Below are positions 25,040 to 37,380 of a DNA stretch of 64,000 bases, piece after piece (position 1 is the stretch's first letter; each line of letters begins with the position of its first letter). The position numbers and the translations under genes were made by a program. The stretch lies in assembly GCA_036785375.1 (NCBI GenBank), contig JAWMAR010000401.1, forward strand, positions 1-64,000, read 5' to 3'. Under the pieces are notes generated by a model, which searched no databases, was not told the DNA's origin, and saw only the letters and a program-made list of their open reading frames with translations. The stretch is from Leucoraja ocellata (taxonomy: Eukaryota).

Positions 25040-25250
25040 TGTTTATAATTTCAAGTAGCCCTTGCTTTCCATCCCCTCCCATTCCCAGTTCTCCTACAGG
25101 TCTTACTGTCTCCGGCTCCATTTTATCTCTGTACTGCCCACTCCCCTGACATCACTGAAGAAGGGTCTTGACCCGAAACGTCACCAATTCCTTCTTTCCA
25201 GAGATGCAACCTGCCTCGCTGAGTTACTCCACCATTCTGTGTCTATCTTC
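25040..25250 (+). mobile_element. Penelope 3' end with intact hammerhead core
   Basis: CTGAAGA-a-GGGTCttGACCC-GAAAC-GTC at 25155-25182. Confidence 0.7.
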
Positions 25251-26178
25251 ATGTAATGGCCAACAGCTAGAGTTCTGGGTCATTGATTCAATTGCAATAG
25301 TTTCTATTCCACTGTAACACCTGGGGACTACATCCAAATAATTAGATTAATTTGAGGTAATAAGAAAAAATGCATAAAATCACTCCACTATCATAAAAAT
25401 ACATCCTGCTCATTGATACAAATCAAATTTACTGCCGTTACCCAGTCTGGCCTTTAAGTAATTCCAGACCCATCAATCTGGACAGCTCTTCAGTAAATCC
25501 TGAAGGAGCATTATGAACAAACAACAAACACCAGCATTGTCAGCCGTATCCACACCCTGTGAATGAATACATTTTTTAAAAGTTCAAGGCCATTGTTGAA
25601 ATTTTTCAGTAACTATTCTTTGTCCATGAGAAAGAGTTAGATGCCATGATCATTTCCCAAATGCCCTCTATTTATGCACATTATTTCAAACTTTGATCGC
25701 ATCATACAAGGGAGAGGGAGTTATCAAAATTTGTTTAAAACAAATATTTTTCCATCCATTCACCAATTCACTTTTGATTTATTCAAGAATAAATTTGGAG
25801 CTTAACATGCGGGAATATTATTTCCAAAATTCATCCTCCCAGGTTTGCCATTGTGGTGATAGCTAAATGTAATTTAACATCGGAAAGATCTATGGCATCT
25901 ATGCTGCTCTTCACACGCCATGACCACCGTGATAGGTTTCATTGAAGTCAAGTATGATACATTGAATCCACAAATTTGTCTCATGCTTTTTACAAAAGGT
26001 TTTTGCTGGTATAACTTGAATGCAGTAACATGCATATGGGATAATGCCAGCCACAAAATATCCTACCTGATGGATGTATGATTCAGATACTGGTGGATTA
26101 AGAGGTGAGGCATCTGTTCCAGAGTCCTCTCACATTAGCTTCTTCATCTATAGATTTGTTAATGAATGAATTATGAAT

Positions 26179-28900
26179 GCAGAGATTAGTAGTAAGCACA
26201 AGGTAGTGATTGTGGGAGATTTCAACTTTCCACACATAGACTGGGAAACACATTCTGTAAATGGGCTGGATGGGTTGGAGTTTGTAAAATGTGTGCAGGA
26301 TAGTTTTTTGCAGCAATACATAGAGGTACCTACTAGAGGAGGGGCAGTGCTGGACCTCCTGTTAGGAAATGAGACTGAACAGGTGGCGGAGGTATGCGTT
26401 GGGGAGCACTTCGGGTCCAGTGATCACAATACCATTAGTTTCAATATAACTATGGAGAGGGTCAGAACTGGACCTAGGGTTGAGATTTTTGATTGGAGAA
26501 AGGCTAACTTTGATGCGATGCGAGATGATTTAAAAGGAGTGAACTGGGGCATTTTGTTTTATGGGAAAGATGTAGAAGAAAAATGGAGGACATTTAAAGG
26601 GGAAATTTTAAGAGTACAGAATCTTTATGTTCCTGTTCGGTTGAAAGGAAACAGTAAAAATTGGAAAGAGCCCTGGTTTTCAAGGGAAATTGGACATCTT
26701 GTTCGGAAAAAGAGGGAGATCTACAATAATTATAGGCAGCATGAAGTAAATGAGGTGCTTGAGGAGTATAAGGAATGTAAAAAGAATCTTAAGAAAGAAA
26801 TTAGAAAAGCTAAAAGAAGATATGAGGTTGCTTTGGCAAGTAAGGTGAAAGTCAATCCAAAGGGTTTCTACAGCTATATTAATAGCAAAAGGATAAGGAG
26901 GGATACAATTGGTCCATTGGAGAGACAGAGTGGACAGCTATCTGCAGAGCCAAAAGAGATGGGGGAGATATTGAACAATTTTTTTTCTTCGGTATTCACC
27001 AAGGAGAAGGATATTGAATTATGTGAGGTAAGGGAAACTAGTAGAGTAGCTATGGATACTATGAGGTTCAAAGTAAAAGAAGTACTGACACTTTTGAAAA
27101 ATATAAAAGTGGATAAGTCTCCAGGTCCTGACAGGATATTCCCTAGGACATTGAGGGAAGTTAGTGTAGAAATAGCCGGGGCTATGACAGAAATATTTCA
27201 AATGTCATTAGAAACGGGAATAGTCCCCGAGGATTGGCGTACTGCGCGTGTTGTTCCATTGTTTAAAAAGGGTTCTAAGAGTAAACCTAGCAATTATAGA
27301 CCTGTTAGTTTGACTTCAGTGGTGGGCAAATTAATGGAAAAGATACTTAGAGACAATATATATAAGCATCTAGATAAACAGGGTCTGATTAGGAACAGTC
27401 AACATGGATTTGTGCCTGGAAGGTCATGTTTGACTAATCTTCTTGAATTTTTTGAAGAGGTTACTAGGGAAATTGACGAGGGTAAAGCAGTGGATGTTGT
27501 CTATATGGACTTTAGTAAGGCCTTTGACAAGGTTCCTCATGGAAGGTTGGTTAAGAAGGTTCAACTGTTGGGTATAAATGCAGGAATAGCAAGATGGATT
27601 CAACAGTGGCTGAATGGGAGAAGCCAGAGGGTAATGGTGGATGGCTGTTTATCGGGTTGGAGGCAGGTGACTAGTGGGGTGCCTCAGGGATCTGTGTTGG
27701 GTCCTTTGTTGTTTGTCATGTACATCAATGATCTGGATGAAGGTGTGGTAAATTGGATTAGTAAGTATGCAGATGATACCAAGATAGGGGGTGTTGTGGA
27801 TAATGAAGAGGATTTCCAAAGTCTATGAGTGGAGGATGGTTTAAATGCAGGCTGCTATCGTACCAGTATTGACACTCTTTAAGGGGAACTCAGGAGACCA
27901 GCAATTGCAGAGGGGGATAATCAGGCTTGGAAATTTGCAGCGTTAGTGTGCATTCCTCAGTACCAAATTACTATCTACAGACACCTGCACAAAGAGACAT
28001 CCATGCACACAGAGCCACATGTGCTCTGCAGAGTGATTTAGGCCATTTGGAAAAATGGGCTGAAAGATGGCAGATGGAGTTTAATGCTGATAAATGTGAG
28101 GTGCTACACCTTGGCAGGACAAATCAAAATAGGATGTACATGGTAAATGGTAGGGAATTGAAGAATACAGTTGAACAGAGGGATCTGGGTATAACCGTGC
28201 ATAGTTCCTTGAAGGTGGAATCTCATATAGATAGGGTGGTAAAGAAAGCTTTTGGTATGCTAGCCTTTATAAATCAGAGCATTGAGTATAGAAGCTGGGA
28301 TGTAATGTTAAAATTGTACAAGGCATTGGTGAGGCCAAATCTGGAGTATGGTGTACAATTTTGGTCGCCAAATTATAGGAAGGATGTCAACAAAATAGAG
28401 AGAGTACAGAGGAGATTTACTAGAATGTTGCCTGGGTTTCAGCAACTAAGTTACAGAGAAAGGTTGAACAAGTTAGGGCTTTATTCTTTGGAGCGCAGAA
28501 GGTTAAGGGGGGACCTGATAGAGATCTTTAAAATGATGAGAGGGATAGACAGAGTTGATGTGGACAAGCTTTTCCCTTTGAGAATAGGGAAGATTCAAAC
28601 AAGAGGACATGACTTCAGAATTAAGGGACAGAAGTTTAGGGGTAATATGAGGGGGAACTTCTTTACGCAGAGAGTGGTGGCGGTGTGGAATGAGCTCCCA
28701 GTGGAAGTGGTGGAGGCAGGTTCATTGGTATCATTTAAAAATAAATTGGATAGGCATATGGATGAGAAGGGAATGGAGGGTTATGGTACGAGTGCAGGCA
28801 GGTGGGACTAAGGGGAAAAAAAATTTGTTCGGCATGGACTTGTAGGGCCGAGATGGCCTGTTTCCGTGCTGTAATTGTTATATGGTTATATGGTTATATG
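26179..28900 (+). mobile_element. Very young 5'-truncated CR1 LINE in the PKIB intron (EN C-terminus + RT)
   Basis: VIVGDFN, SPGPD, NYRPVSLTS, YADD; removing 27826-28028 gives one stop-free frame of 811 aa; (ttatatgg)n tail; gaat on both flanks. Confidence 0.95.
27825..28024 (-). repeat. 200 bp inverted copy of 19403-19602 inserted in the CR1 RT
   Basis: Direct sequence comparison. Confidence 0.9.
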
Positions 28901-29998
28901 GAATACGTTTACTGGCCAAGTATGTACACATACAAGGAATTTGCCTTGGTGATCCGCTCGCAAGTAACAATACGGCATACAGTAACAATTAAGAAAACAT
29001 TAAACATTAATAATGAAACATTATCGTTTAAACATGTGAAAAATAAAATACCAGAGAAAAAGGAGGCTACAGATTTTTGGTTATTGAATAGAGCTACTAC
29101 TCGTGGAAAAAAGCTGTTTTTATGTCTGGCTGTGGAGGCTTTGACAGTCCGGAGTCGCCTTCCACAAGGCAGTGCTTCAAATAATTTGTGGCCAGGTGTC
29201 AGAGATGATCTTACCCACTCGCTTCCTGGCCCTTGCAGTGAACAGTTCGTCAATGGGGGGAAGGTTGCAGCCAACAACCTTCTCAGCTGATCAGATGATT
29301 CACTGCAGCCTCCAGATGCCATGCTTGGTGGCTGAGCCAAACCAGATCATGATTGAGAAGGTGAGGACAGACTCTACAATGGCCGTATAGAATTGGACCA
29401 TCATTGCCTGTGGCAGATTGTGTTTCCTCAGCTGCTGCAAGACATACATCCTCTGTTGGGCATTTTTGACTGTGGAGTCGATGGTGGCCCCCCATTTCAG
29501 GTCCTTGGAGATGATGGTTCCAAGGAACTTAAAAGACTCCACAGATGTAACTGTGGTGTTGGTGATGGTGAGTGGGGTGAGGGGAGGGGGAGCTCTCCTA
29601 AAGTCTCCTATCAATTCCACTGTCTTAAGAGCATTGAGCTCCAGGTAGTTGTGATGGCACCAGGACACCAGCTGTGTCACTTCCTATCTGTAGGCAGATT
29701 CCTCCCCATCCTGGATCAGTCTAATTAAGGTTGTGTCATCAGCAAACTTGAGAAACTTGACAGAGGTGTCTGTGGAGGTGCAGTCGTTGGTGTAGAGATA
29801 GTAAAGGAGAGGAGAGAGTACGCAGCCTTGCGGTGCTCCTATGCTGAGGGTTTGCGGGTCCGAGATGTGCTTTCCCAGCCTCACATGCTGCTTCCTGTCT
29901 GTCAGGAAGTTGGTGATCCACTGACAGAGGAGTTTAGGCACAGTCATCTTGGAAGGTTTGGAGTGTAGTAGCTCTGGCACATTGGTGTTGAATGCACC
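28901..29998 (-). mobile_element. Rex1/Babar LINE (second family)
   Basis: GAPQGCVLSPLLY, KFADD, LNALKTVEL, FKFLG. Confidence 0.88.
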
Positions 29999-30488
29999 TC
30001 CTCAGTTTCTATTGTGGGTGATGGAGAAGTGGCTAGACTGATGTTGGGTAGCAAGGAGGGGGTGGGTAGTGGAAGAGGGCTCCAGATTACCATTCTACCA
30101 TAGAATATCATTAAAACAAAATACAAAGAAGGTCTCTTTTTTTTTAAAGCTTTCCAAAATCATAAAGATAAAGAAAAAACATTATTCTAAAACAATGATA
30201 CTATCATACATTCAACCAAATGCACCACCACCTACTTTAAATCCTTGCAGTTAAAAAGAACACTTCTTTTTTGGTAAAAAATAACATTGGGTATGCTAGC
30301 ATCTCTCTTAAATATCCTATCATCTCAGTACCGCCTCAAGTAAACTTGCATCAATATTAGTCAAATATACATAGAAAACAAAGCACATTCATTTTCAAAT
30401 GATTATTTCAGTAGTAAAAATGTATTTAAAGTAATAAATAACTGGTCTTTTTTTAAAATTATTTATTTTATCCTTGGTTTGATCCCAG

Positions 30489-30571
30489 ATAAAGGAGAAA
30501 AGGGAAGAACGGGTTCATCTGAAGCACCACCCGGATCACCAGAATGTGAAGATAAGAACAATGCACTGTAG
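30489..30571 (+). CDS. PKIB: PKIB terminal coding exon
   Basis: Acceptor ttggtttgatcccag; phase 1 continues DKGEKGRTGSSEAPPGSPECEDKNNAL*, giving 76 aa (typical PKI length); followed by repeat-free AT-rich 3'UTR-like sequence. Confidence 0.8.
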
Positions 30572-33199
30572 CTGAACAGCTAACTGCAACATATGATATC
30601 CATGGAGTACCAGGAATCCCGATTTATACAAAATCTTAAAACCAGAGATTGCAACTTTAAGTTGAAACAACCTCAATATTTGATTATTTTGTGACAAAAG
30701 AGGGAGAAATTAGATTGGATACTCAAAGATAAAAGTTTTTTATTTTCATTGTTTCCAATTTATATCCTGTTTTGTTAAAGCAATCCATTAAAAATGCTGA
30801 CATGATTCATTCAAAATATATTTATACAATGAACCAGCTTTGGGTAGAATGTGTGAAGACATCCGTGATTTACTTTGTAATGGTTTAAATATTCTCAAAA
30901 TATTTAATTTCTGATCAACACTTTAGCAATAGTTCCCAGAAAATTGCATTAATGGCTGAAAATCCTATTTTAATGCCACTTGTTACATATTGTCCAAAGA
31001 GTGTTTGGTTTCCTTAACTTCTAGCCTGCAACAATTCACAGGACATGGACTGATTAAAAACAACTGCTGTAAATTTGTATGGCTTTTGTAAATACAACTT
31101 TTAGATGTGATTTTTAAAATACAGTATATATAAACTTTCTTTTTGAAACTAGCTCAGCTCGTTTTCTTTAATACTGAATGGTCTGCTACAGAATTATGAA
31201 TGTAATTATAAAAAAGGTCAAACACTGACTGAATGCAATGTTTTATTCTTAATTCCATTCACTCAACACTCAATTGTCTCAAATCATCTTTAAAAATAAT
31301 TATATGTAGAAGCATTTTTAATTCATAGAAAATCTGAACTAGTCATATCTGAAGAAGATAATTGTTTTCTTCTTCACATTATCAACCAAATCACTGGCAA
31401 GATAGTGCCCTGTGAGGAATTTAATATACCCTATTTTTTTAACTTTCAATGCAGCAATGTTGGTACCATTGTGGGTGATGTGTTACTTGGGTATTGCCTG
31501 GTCTTATGCAGCATTAATTTCAAGTTTGGAATAGAAACTCAGAGGTTTGGCTTTCAAAGATTTGAGTTTGAAATCTGCCAATGGCAGCTGGGAAACATAA
31601 ATACTATTAGTTAAATCAATCTTGCATGAAAGAACAGGTGTTAATATAAGTAACCCCAAATATAATGGGCAGTATATGCTGGACATGCCAGCTGTCCATA
31701 AGACCTATTAACTATCTTTTTAAAATATGTCAGAAATTGGTGACTAGTGAGAGTCATTCACATTCGCCAGTTAGCCACCTGCTATGTCTTCATTTGTATG
31801 TATACCCCAGTAAAAAATAGCAGTCCCAATCCCTATCAGTGACACATGTGTTGCCTAGGCCTTATTAACATAATCCCATTACATGATCATACAGAAAAAG
31901 CCCTACTTACAAAAACACGGACTGCTTTTACAGCTGACTCCTTCAAAACATGTGGAGATGGTCCTGATTCTTGGCAGCAAGGTCTATACTGCTCCGGACT
32001 TCCAAACTAAATCCCATCACTTGGAGGAGCTAAAACACATTCCTGCCATAGAAAAGAAATCCTGAACATGAAAGGTTTGTATAAAAATCAAACTCTAAAC
32101 AATTATTCATATCGAAATTAAAACACTTGATGAACTTTAAATAAATAATTTTGAAATGCATTGATTGGGTAGACAGTCAAAACCCTTCCCCCAGGGTGTA
32201 AATATTCAACACAGAGAGCACAACTATAAGATGAAATGGGGAAAAGTTCAATGGAGATGTGCGGGGCAACCTTTATTTTCCACAGAGAGTAATGGGGACT
32301 TGGAACACATTGCCAGGCCATCAATGGAGGCAGACACAATAGTGGTGTTTAAGGGGCTTTTAGACGGGAACATGGAAGTGCAGGAAATAGGGGAAAATGA
32401 ATCATGTACAGACAGATTAGATCAGTTTAAATTGGCATCACGTTCAGCACAAACATTGTGGGCCGAAGAGTCCATTTCTGTGTTGTGCTGTTCTATGATC
32501 TATGTTAGATGTTAACCGTTGAACCAGATCACACTGATCCTGGCCCATGTCTCACAGTCACCACTCAGATTCAAACTCAGTCTGGTGAAGGGTCCCCACC
32601 CGAGTCATCATCTATCCCCTTTCACCAGAGATGCGGCCTGACCGGTTGAGTTACTCCTGTACTTTGTGTCTATCTTTGGTATAAAGCAGCATCTGCACTT
32701 CCTTTCTACACTATTGCACAGCCATGCTGTTGATCTATATCCTTGTGTCAGTGTGACTCCCATTACAGGGCTGGTGTCACTGCCTCAGCCCTTCTGCAAG
32801 GTGCAACAAGGTGCAACGCAGCAGAGAAAAAAACTAAACCCACACATCAGCTTGATAGCCTCCTGACAACTCCATCAAATGTCGCTTGCAATACTCTGAT
32901 GTTCAGCAAAATTTGGAAATAGATAATAAAAATAGATTTAATAAAATAAAAATTTTGAAAAACTATAGATGTATTTAAAATGCAGTTAATTAAAAATAAA
33001 CATACATTGAAAAAAACAAAAATAGACAAACCTAAACTTAACTTCCAAATGGAGATTGACAGTCTCTTTCAAATAAATGGGGTCACACATCCTGGCATAA
33101 AGCCGAGAGGCCAGATATTGGTATTGGTTTGTTATTGAAACATACCGTGGTAGTCCCCTCATCTCTAATCTAGACAATTAATATAGTTGGGATTAACAG

Positions 33200-33930
33200 T
33201 AATTTAGCCGTATGGATTGATAACTACCTTACTGATAGAAGGCAGAATGTTGTAGTGGAAGGACAACATTCAGGACTTCTGTAGTTTGAGATATGTATAG
33301 ATGACTTGGACCTTAATGTAGATGGGTTGGTTAGAATGTTTGCGGATGGTACCAGGATTGCTGGGATTGCAGTCTGTGATGAATGTTGTCAAAGTACATA
33401 GTGGGATATAGATCAGCTGCAGAAATGGGCAGAGAAATGGCAAATGGAGTTTAATCTGAGCCACTGTGAGGTATTGCACTTTGTAAGGGAACAATATACA
33501 ATTAATGACAAGGCTTGATAGCATTAATGTACAGAGGGATCTTTGATGTTCTAATCATTCACTCTGTGAAAGGGCCAACACAAATAAATAAAGTGGTAAA
33601 GAAGGCATTTAGTACTCTCGCCATTAGCCAAAAGTCAGGAAGTCGTGATGCAGCTTTATAGGACTTTGGTTAGACCATATTTGAGGTATTGCATGCAGTT
33701 TTGGTCTCCCCAATACAAGAAGGATGTGGTGGTTTAGGAAAGGGTGCAGAGGATATTTACCAGAATGATGCCTGGATTAGGAGGCATCAGCTACAAGGAG
33801 AGATTGGACACTTGGACTATTTCCTCTGAACCGCCGGAGGTTGAGGAGAGACCTAAGAGAAGTATATAAAATGAGAGGCATAGATAGATTAAACACAGAA
33901 CCTTTTTTCTGAGGATGGAAATGTCACATA
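33200..33930 (+). mobile_element. Old CR1 LINE RT fragment
   Basis: Degenerate FADG/W.EKWQMEFN/RPYL.YC.QFWSP blocks. Confidence 0.7.
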
Positions 33931-35330
33931 ATGGTGGGTATCACATTTAGTACGGAGAGGACAATCTAACAAACAAATGAATAATTTCTAACTTTGAAGC
34001 TGCTGCTCCTCATTCCTCAGCACCATTATGCTGGTCTGCCACTGGATGGCGAACTTACTTCATATAACAATTTCACATCATAACATCATTGAGCAGATGG
34101 TCCTTGAGCATTTAACCCAAGGACCGTAACGGCCAACTATCTTCTTCCATCTGACTAAGGATCATACCCTGAAACATCAATTTAGTTTATCTCTCTGCAG
34201 GCATGGTCTAGCCTGCCGAGATCGTGCAGCATTTTCTGATTTTATTTCTGATTTTCGGCATCTGGAGATTTTGTTTTGCTTTTAATTCACCAGTAATTTC
34301 TTTTCAAGTCAGGGGTTCTTGAGGAGTCGTTCATTGCTCCTCCAGCCAGTGGCCTTCTGACAGTCTGCTTGCTGATCTCTTACTAAGCACTCAGAATGAG
34401 GCATCTCCCTGTGTCTGTGTCAGCAGAGACCCCCAACCCTGTCAGCGATCCAGACTCCACTGAGATTCATTGATTCACCTGGACCACTGAGTGGTAAGGA
34501 GGAAGATAAACTCATAGTCATGCATCTTGGAGACAGGCCCCTCTAACCACCAGCTCTGCATTAACCATCAACCATCGATTTATGTTCATCCTACATTAAT
34601 CCTATTTTTTATTCTCCCCAGGTTATCATAAATTCACCACACTCTGACGCCCATCTCTCCACACCCTAACCCTGATTCTACCCCTCACATACATACTAGG
34701 GAGCAATTTAGAATGGCCAATTAACCTATCACATCAATTTCTCCATTCAACTGCATACTAAGGGTTATTTAGAATGGCCAATTAACCAACATGTTGGAGA
34801 AGCCCACACGGTTACAGGAAGGATTCGGGTCATGCACTTTTCTCACTGTTACCATTTGGCATGAGGTACTGAAGTCTGAAATCCCACATCACCTAGTTCA
34901 GGGACTAGCTACTTTATTACCAGCTACTTTCCCCACAAACATCCTTGAACTGACCTATACAAACCTAATTCTACCTCAGTACTGGTAACCCAACTGACAA
35001 CAGACCAGCTCTTGCACTAACATGGACAATTTCTGATTGTGTTTTTCACTATTATCTTGTTCTTTTTCCACAGTCTATTTCTTTTCAATGTCTTGTTAAA
35101 TTTATGTGTAAGATATATAATTCAAATTTTTGCATCCCATTGAAGACCAGAATTTCTTCAAGATTGGCATTCCTGGAAGAGAAGTGACAGTGAGTCCAAC
35201 AGGGAAGGAAAATCCCTGCTCAAGGAACAACCTTGAGCTTCTGGTTGCCAGCCAGTTTAACCAAAACAACTGAATATGCTGTAAATCTGCAATGGGCCAA
35301 ATTAATATTTCAGAGCAAATATCCTGCATC

Positions 35331-36141
35331 AGAACATAGAAACATAGAAACATAGAAATTAGGTGCAGGAGTAGGCCATTCGGCCCTTCGAGCCTGCACC
35401 GCCATTCAATATGATCATGGCTGATCATCCAACTCAGTATCCCCTACCTGCCTTCTCTCCATACCCCCTGATCCCCTTAGCCACAAGGGCCACATCTAAC
35501 TCCCTCTTAAATATAGCCAATGAACTGGCCTCAACTACCCTCTGTGGCAGAGAGTTCCAGAGATTCACCACTCTCTGTGTGAAAAAAGTTCTTCTCATCT
35601 CGGTTTTAAAGGATTTCCCCCTTATCCTTAAGCTGTGACCCTTGTCCTGGACTTCCCCAACATTGGGAACAATCTTCCTGCATCTAGCCTGTCCAACCCA
35701 TTAAGAATTTAGTAAGTTTCTATAAGATCCCCTCTCAATCTTCTAAATTCTAGAGAGTATAAACCAAGTCTATCCAGTCTTTCTTCATAAGACAGTCCTG
35801 ACATCCCAGGAATCAGTCTGGTGAACCGTCTCTGCACTCCCTCTATGGCAATAATGTCCTTCCTCAGATTTGGAGACCAAAACTGTACGCAATACTCCAG
35901 GTGTGGTCTCACCAAGACCCTGTACAACTGCAGTAGAACCTCCCTGCTCCTATACTCAAATCCTTTTGCAATGAAAGCTAACATACCATTCGCTTTCTTT
36001 ACTGCCTGCTGCACCTGCATGCCTACCTTCAATGACTGGTGTACCATGACACCCAGGTCTCGCTGCATCTCCCCCTTTCCCAATTGGCCACCATTTAGAT
36101 AATAGTCTGCTTTCCCGTTTTTGCCACCAAAATGGATAACC
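35331..36141 (-). mobile_element. CR1 LINE 3' part
   Basis: (agaaacat)n tail; ORF 35709-36143; near-identical to the copies at 42781 and 48381. Confidence 0.9.
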
Positions 36142-37139
36142 AAGAACAGGGAAGGAGAGACAACAAATTGTTTTTAATTTGCAGAATGGGCTGGGGAATT
36201 TTGTTTTACTTTTAGAGATGCAACATGAATACAAGTCCTTCAGCCCACTGTCATTAATTAGTAAAAACAAGGAACAGACACAAAAGGGATACAAAGTGCT
36301 GAAGTAACTCAGCAGATCAGGAATCAGTCAGAAGAAGGGTCTTGACCCGAAACGTCACCTATTCATGTTCTCAAGAGATGCTGCCAGACCTTCTGAGATA
36401 CTCGAGCACTTTTTTGTCCTCACATTAACTACCCATTCAGTCTAGTTCTCACCCACTCACACATTAAAGACAATTTTACAGAGGCCTATTAACCCACACA
36501 TTTTGGGATGTGGGAGGAAAGCAGAGCATCCTGAGGAAATCCACCCAGTCATAGGAGAACATTTAATCTCCAGACATACTGCACCCAAGGACAGGATCAT
36601 TCAGTGCCAGTGTGGCACTGTGAGGCAGTGGCTCTACCAAAATGATAGATCAAAGGAAAAATCTCTGATACACTGACCAGGTTTTGCCTATTATGTTCTG
36701 TTGTGCTGAAGCAAAGCAATAATATCATTGTTCTATCAGGGATACATGACAATAAACTCTCTTGAATCTTGAATCAGGTTTGCTGCAGTGATATGTTATA
36801 AATGAGGTTGTCTTGTCAATTAATTAATGAGGTTAGAAGAAGAGAAGGCCATAAAGCCCATGCAATGACGATAGTTAGAGAATGAGCACATAAACAAAGG
36901 AATGATCCAATAACTCAAAGAGGCCTTCTGGATGAAGAAGTGAATTACTTTTACTTCTCATCTAATATACTTCACTCAATGTTCATAATATGGTCTCCTC
37001 CACAACCCCAAGCTACCAGTTGCCTGCCTCTTTAATTCTACATCCCACTGTTATAATAGCCACAATGTTAGCTGAAGGAACAGCACCTCATCGTCCATGT
37101 GAACACGTCACAGTCACACCCTCCCCATCACAATGTGGA

Positions 37140-37380
37140 ACTTTTTTCACACAGAGAGTGGTGAATCTCTGGAATTCTCTGCCGCAGAAGGTAGTTGAGG
37201 CCAGTTCATTGGCTATATTTAAGAGGGAGTTGGATTTGGCCCTTGTGGCTAAAGGGATCAGGGGGTATGGAGAGAAGGCAGGATACTGAGTTGGATGATC
37301 AGCCATGATCATCTTGAATGGCAGTGCAGGCTGGAAGGGCCGAATGGCCTACTCCTGCACATATTTTCTATGTTTCTATG
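37140..37380 (+). mobile_element. CR1 3' end
   Basis: FFTQRVVNLWNSLPQKVVEA; (tttctatg)n tail. Confidence 0.85.

Noticed and set aside
26173-27828. 551 aa ORF as a host or domesticated gene
   Set aside because: 5'-truncated CR1 ORF2 with a near-identical sister copy; its start codon comes from the flanking microsatellite
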